DNA of 41,366 nt from Patescibacteria group bacterium (lineage in GTDB: Bacteria; Patescibacteriota; Minisyncoccia; UBA9983): NCBI GenBank assembly GCA_038063695.1, contig JBBTUP010000015.1:1-41366 (forward strand), written 5' to 3'. This document shows positions 39,624 to 41,366 of this stretch, piece by piece (the stretch's first letter is position 1; each line of letters starts with the position of its first letter). A program made the translations under genes and the position numbers. A model generated the notes under the pieces. It had not been told where the DNA came from. It saw nothing but the letters and a program-made list of their open reading frames with translations, and ran no database searches.

Positions 39624-39953
39624 ATGGATAAAGAGACGAAAAAAGAATTTGATAATCTTGGCGTTATTATTAAACGAGGGTTTGACGATGTGTATGGGCA
39701 TTTTGATAGTGTGGACAAAAGATTTGAACAGATAGATGTTAAATTGAATCAGGTAGATGTTAGATTGAATAATATTGATGGAAGATTGGATAATATTGAC
39801 GGCAGGCTGGATCATATTGACGTTCGTCTTTCTTATATTGAACGGGATATTGCGGAAATTCGCAAGCATTTTGTTTATCGCGACGAGTTTGAAGATTTGG
39901 CTGCCAGAGTCAAGTACTTAGAAGAGAAATTAAAAATAAAAAGCGGAAAATAA
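39624..39953 (+). CDS. Small coiled-coil protein with six 7-aa (21-bp) tandem repeats
   Basis: IDVKLNQ VDVRLNN IDGRLDN IDGRLDH IDVRLSY IERDIAE. ATG 39624 is preferred over the 39537 extension that overlaps the upstream gene. Confidence 0.6.
   Translation: MDKETKKEFDNLGVIIKRGFDDVYGHFDSVDKRFEQIDVKLNQVDVRLNNIDGRLDNIDGRLDHIDVRLSYIERDIAEIRKHFVYRDEFEDLAARVKYLEEKLKIKSGK
39732..39857 (+). repeat. Six tandem 21-bp coding repeats
   Basis: Period-21 repeats of consensus ATTGAYGNNAGATTGRATAAT read directly. Confidence 0.85.
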
Positions 39954-39954
39954 T

Positions 39955-39963
39955 TTATCCACA
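39955..39963 (+). promoter_or_regulatory. Perfect DnaA-box 9-mer TTATCCACA
   Basis: Exact consensus match, 2 nt after the stop codon, followed by an AT-rich spacer. Confidence 0.3.
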
Positions 39964-40005
39964 ACTGCTCATTATTATATAAAATTTATGGTATAATTTA
40001 AATAA

Positions 40006-40356
40006 ATGGAGGAAGGAGATAAAAATACAGGAAATATCAACAGTATTCTGCAGAACAAGAATTTAATGGCAGTGATAGTTATTGCCATTGTTGTTGCATT
40101 GGGCCTTATTTTATATATGTATTTTTTAAACAAAGAACCTGTGTTTGAACCCGTTGTTAAAATACTTACTCCCGATGAAATAAGAGAAAAAGAAATAAAT
40201 AGCCAACTTTCCGAGATGATGAAAGAACCGCCAGGAAGCACAGAGCAGGATATCAATAAACAACTTAAAAGTATGGTAAGCAAGGAGAAGCAGACAACAT
40301 CAAAATCGCGCGAAGAAGAAATAAATAAACAATTGCAGGAAATGTTAAATCAATAA
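40006..40356 (+). CDS. Single-pass membrane protein with repeated INxQLxxM motifs
   Basis: TM helix LMAVIVIAIVVALGLILYMYF and three copies of (E)INSQLSEMM / INKQLKSMV / INKQLQEML. Confidence 0.5.
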   Translation: MEEGDKNTGNINSILQNKNLMAVIVIAIVVALGLILYMYFLNKEPVFEPVVKILTPDEIREKEINSQLSEMMKEPPGSTEQDINKQLKSMVSKEKQTTSKSREEEINKQLQEMLNQ

Positions 40357-40390
40357 TAAATAATTTATAAGCATAATTTTATAAAATAAT

Positions 40391-41119
40391 ATGAAAAATT
40401 TCATAAAACAAACAAGCATATTATCAATAGCAATCACGGTCGCTTTTGTAATTTATATGGGAGTGCAAATAGCGCAAGGAGCGGGAACATGGAATGATCC
40501 AACTGCTGTCCCACCAGGAGATAATACGGAAGAACCGATAAATGCCGGCAATAAACCGCAAACAAAATCCGGCAACCTGACAGTCGATGTTTTGAGAGCG
40601 GGCGGTTTGGTAAGCGATTTTTCTTCTTATTTGGCAACCATTTCCGGCAGTGTCGGCATCGGGACGGTGAGTCCGAACACGGGCGGAGAGCAGAATTTAA
40701 AACTTGATGTGGAAGGCGCGGTGGGAGCAGAGTATTATTGCGATAAAGACGGAAATAATTGCGTGGCAGGGGGTAGTTTAGGAGGAGGAGGTGGAGGATT
40801 GCGCACTTATATTGGTACCACCTCCTCGAGCTATACTGGGAATATAGGTGGTTATTCTGTGGCTAATTCATATTGCAATAGCGCTTTTCCCGGCAGTCGG
40901 ATGTGTATGGCTGCTGATTTTGTGAATGGCAGACCTACTGCAACTGGTTGGTATTCAGCTTTTATATTTACGGGAGGCCCATTTGGTACTAGCGATTGTG
41001 AAAGTTGGACTTATCAAGGCTCAGGCAACTGGACTCAGATTTGGGATATCTCGCAAATTCCGCCTCAGGCGGAAAGCATCAGCTGTAACAACGTTTTTCC
41101 TATTTTATGCTGCGAATAA
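40391..41119 (+). CDS. Secreted surface protein: CPR-type N-terminal motif, Gly-rich linker, Cys-rich C-terminal lectin/endostatin-like (DUF1554-like) domain
   Basis: TM/signal segment, WNDPTAVPPGDNTEEPINAGNKPQTKSGNL, GGSLGGGGGG, C-terminal YCNSAF...CMAADF...DCESWT...SCNNVFPILCCE. Confidence 0.55.
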   Translation: MKNFIKQTSILSIAITVAFVIYMGVQIAQGAGTWNDPTAVPPGDNTEEPINAGNKPQTKSGNLTVDVLRAGGLVSDFSSYLATISGSVGIGTVSPNTGGEQNLKLDVEGAVGAEYYCDKDGNNCVAGGSLGGGGGGLRTYIGTTSSSYTGNIGGYSVANSYCNSAFPGSRMCMAADFVNGRPTATGWYSAFIFTGGPFGTSDCESWTYQGSGNWTQIWDISQIPPQAESISCNNVFPILCCE

Positions 41120-41176
41120 ATAAGGGAAAATGCAAAAATGAAATAATAATCAACAACCGTTATCGATTTTAGAACA

Positions 41177-41366
41177 ATGTTTAAAATTCTATCAAAACAC
41201 AAAAAATCGTCTTTTTTGATAACCGTCGCAATAGCGATTATTTTCGCTGTTTCTTTTTTTGTTAATCTGAATGATTCTCAAGCCGCCAGCCAGTCCCTTT
41301 CCGGCTACGCTTGGTCTTCCAATATCGGCTGGCTCAGTTTTAGCGGAGCGAATTATGGAGTCAAAC
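41177..41366 (+). CDS. Partial (5' end) surface protein; open to the window edge
   Basis: Not in the ORF track. My translation is MFKILSKHKKSSFLITVAIAIIFAVSFFVNLNDSQAASQSLSGYAWSSNIGWLSFSGANYGVK with no stop. It has a signal anchor plus a GYAWSSNIGWLSF motif. Confidence 0.6.
   Translation, partial: MFKILSKHKKSSFLITVAIAIIFAVSFFVNLNDSQAASQSLSGYAWSSNIGWLSFSGANYGVK

Noticed and set aside
39732-39857. Possible CRISPR-like or minisatellite array (regular 21-bp periodicity)
   Set aside because: The repeats are contiguous with no spacers and lie in frame within an ORF, encoding a heptad coiled coil. No cas genes are in the window.
1-41366. Alternative genetic code (UGA recoding, as in some CPR lineages)
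   Set aside because: All long conserved genes are intact under the standard code, and TGA is used as a stop (for example the SPFH gene at 11017..11019). There is no sign of in-frame TGA in conserved domains.

Overview
This is an AT-rich, gene-dense chromosomal segment. I infer a Candidate Phyla Radiation / Patescibacteria (Parcubacteria-like) origin from the compact housekeeping proteins (IF2 of 519 aa, ThrS without a TGS domain, a 732-aa SMC), three TrbC/VirB2-type pilin paralogs and CPR-style surface-protein motifs. The standard genetic code fits. I call about 50 CDS, mostly core information-processing genes: pth, an S1-domain protein, gyrA, gyrB, rbfA, infB, pheS, thrS, dnaE, rnhB, rpmF, nusB (fused to NUDIX), rnc, smc, rpsP, a KH protein and trmD. 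There is also a 5-tRNA cluster, glycan genes (GT2, GH1, a membrane-anchored GH) and cell-surface genes. No rRNA, CRISPR array, cas genes, prophage or recognisable defence island was seen. The most unusual content is a palindrome (REP-like) system. Three divergent RAYT-type HUH/Y1 transposase genes lie in the first 7.5 kb, and each is bracketed by its own private hairpin family sitting over its promoter. One family has a perfect 19-bp-stem doublet inserted in frame inside gyrA and a copy inside its own RAYT gene. An unrelated GC-rich 20-bp perfect palindrome sits in frame in dnaE. Other second-look items are listed below.
- A lambda-operator-like 37-bp palindrome family at promoters around a membrane-anchored PaaX-like regulator.
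- GC-rich unassigned RNA-like spacers and very long flanking helices in the tRNA cluster.
- A pervasive leaderless promoter architecture (TATAAT 6-9 nt before the ATG).
- Five same-strand perfect DnaA boxes.
- An unannotated SD-led 40-codon hydrophobic ORF with an ATT start.
- Several domain fusions and truncations.
All function calls rest on motif recognition by eye. No database search was run.
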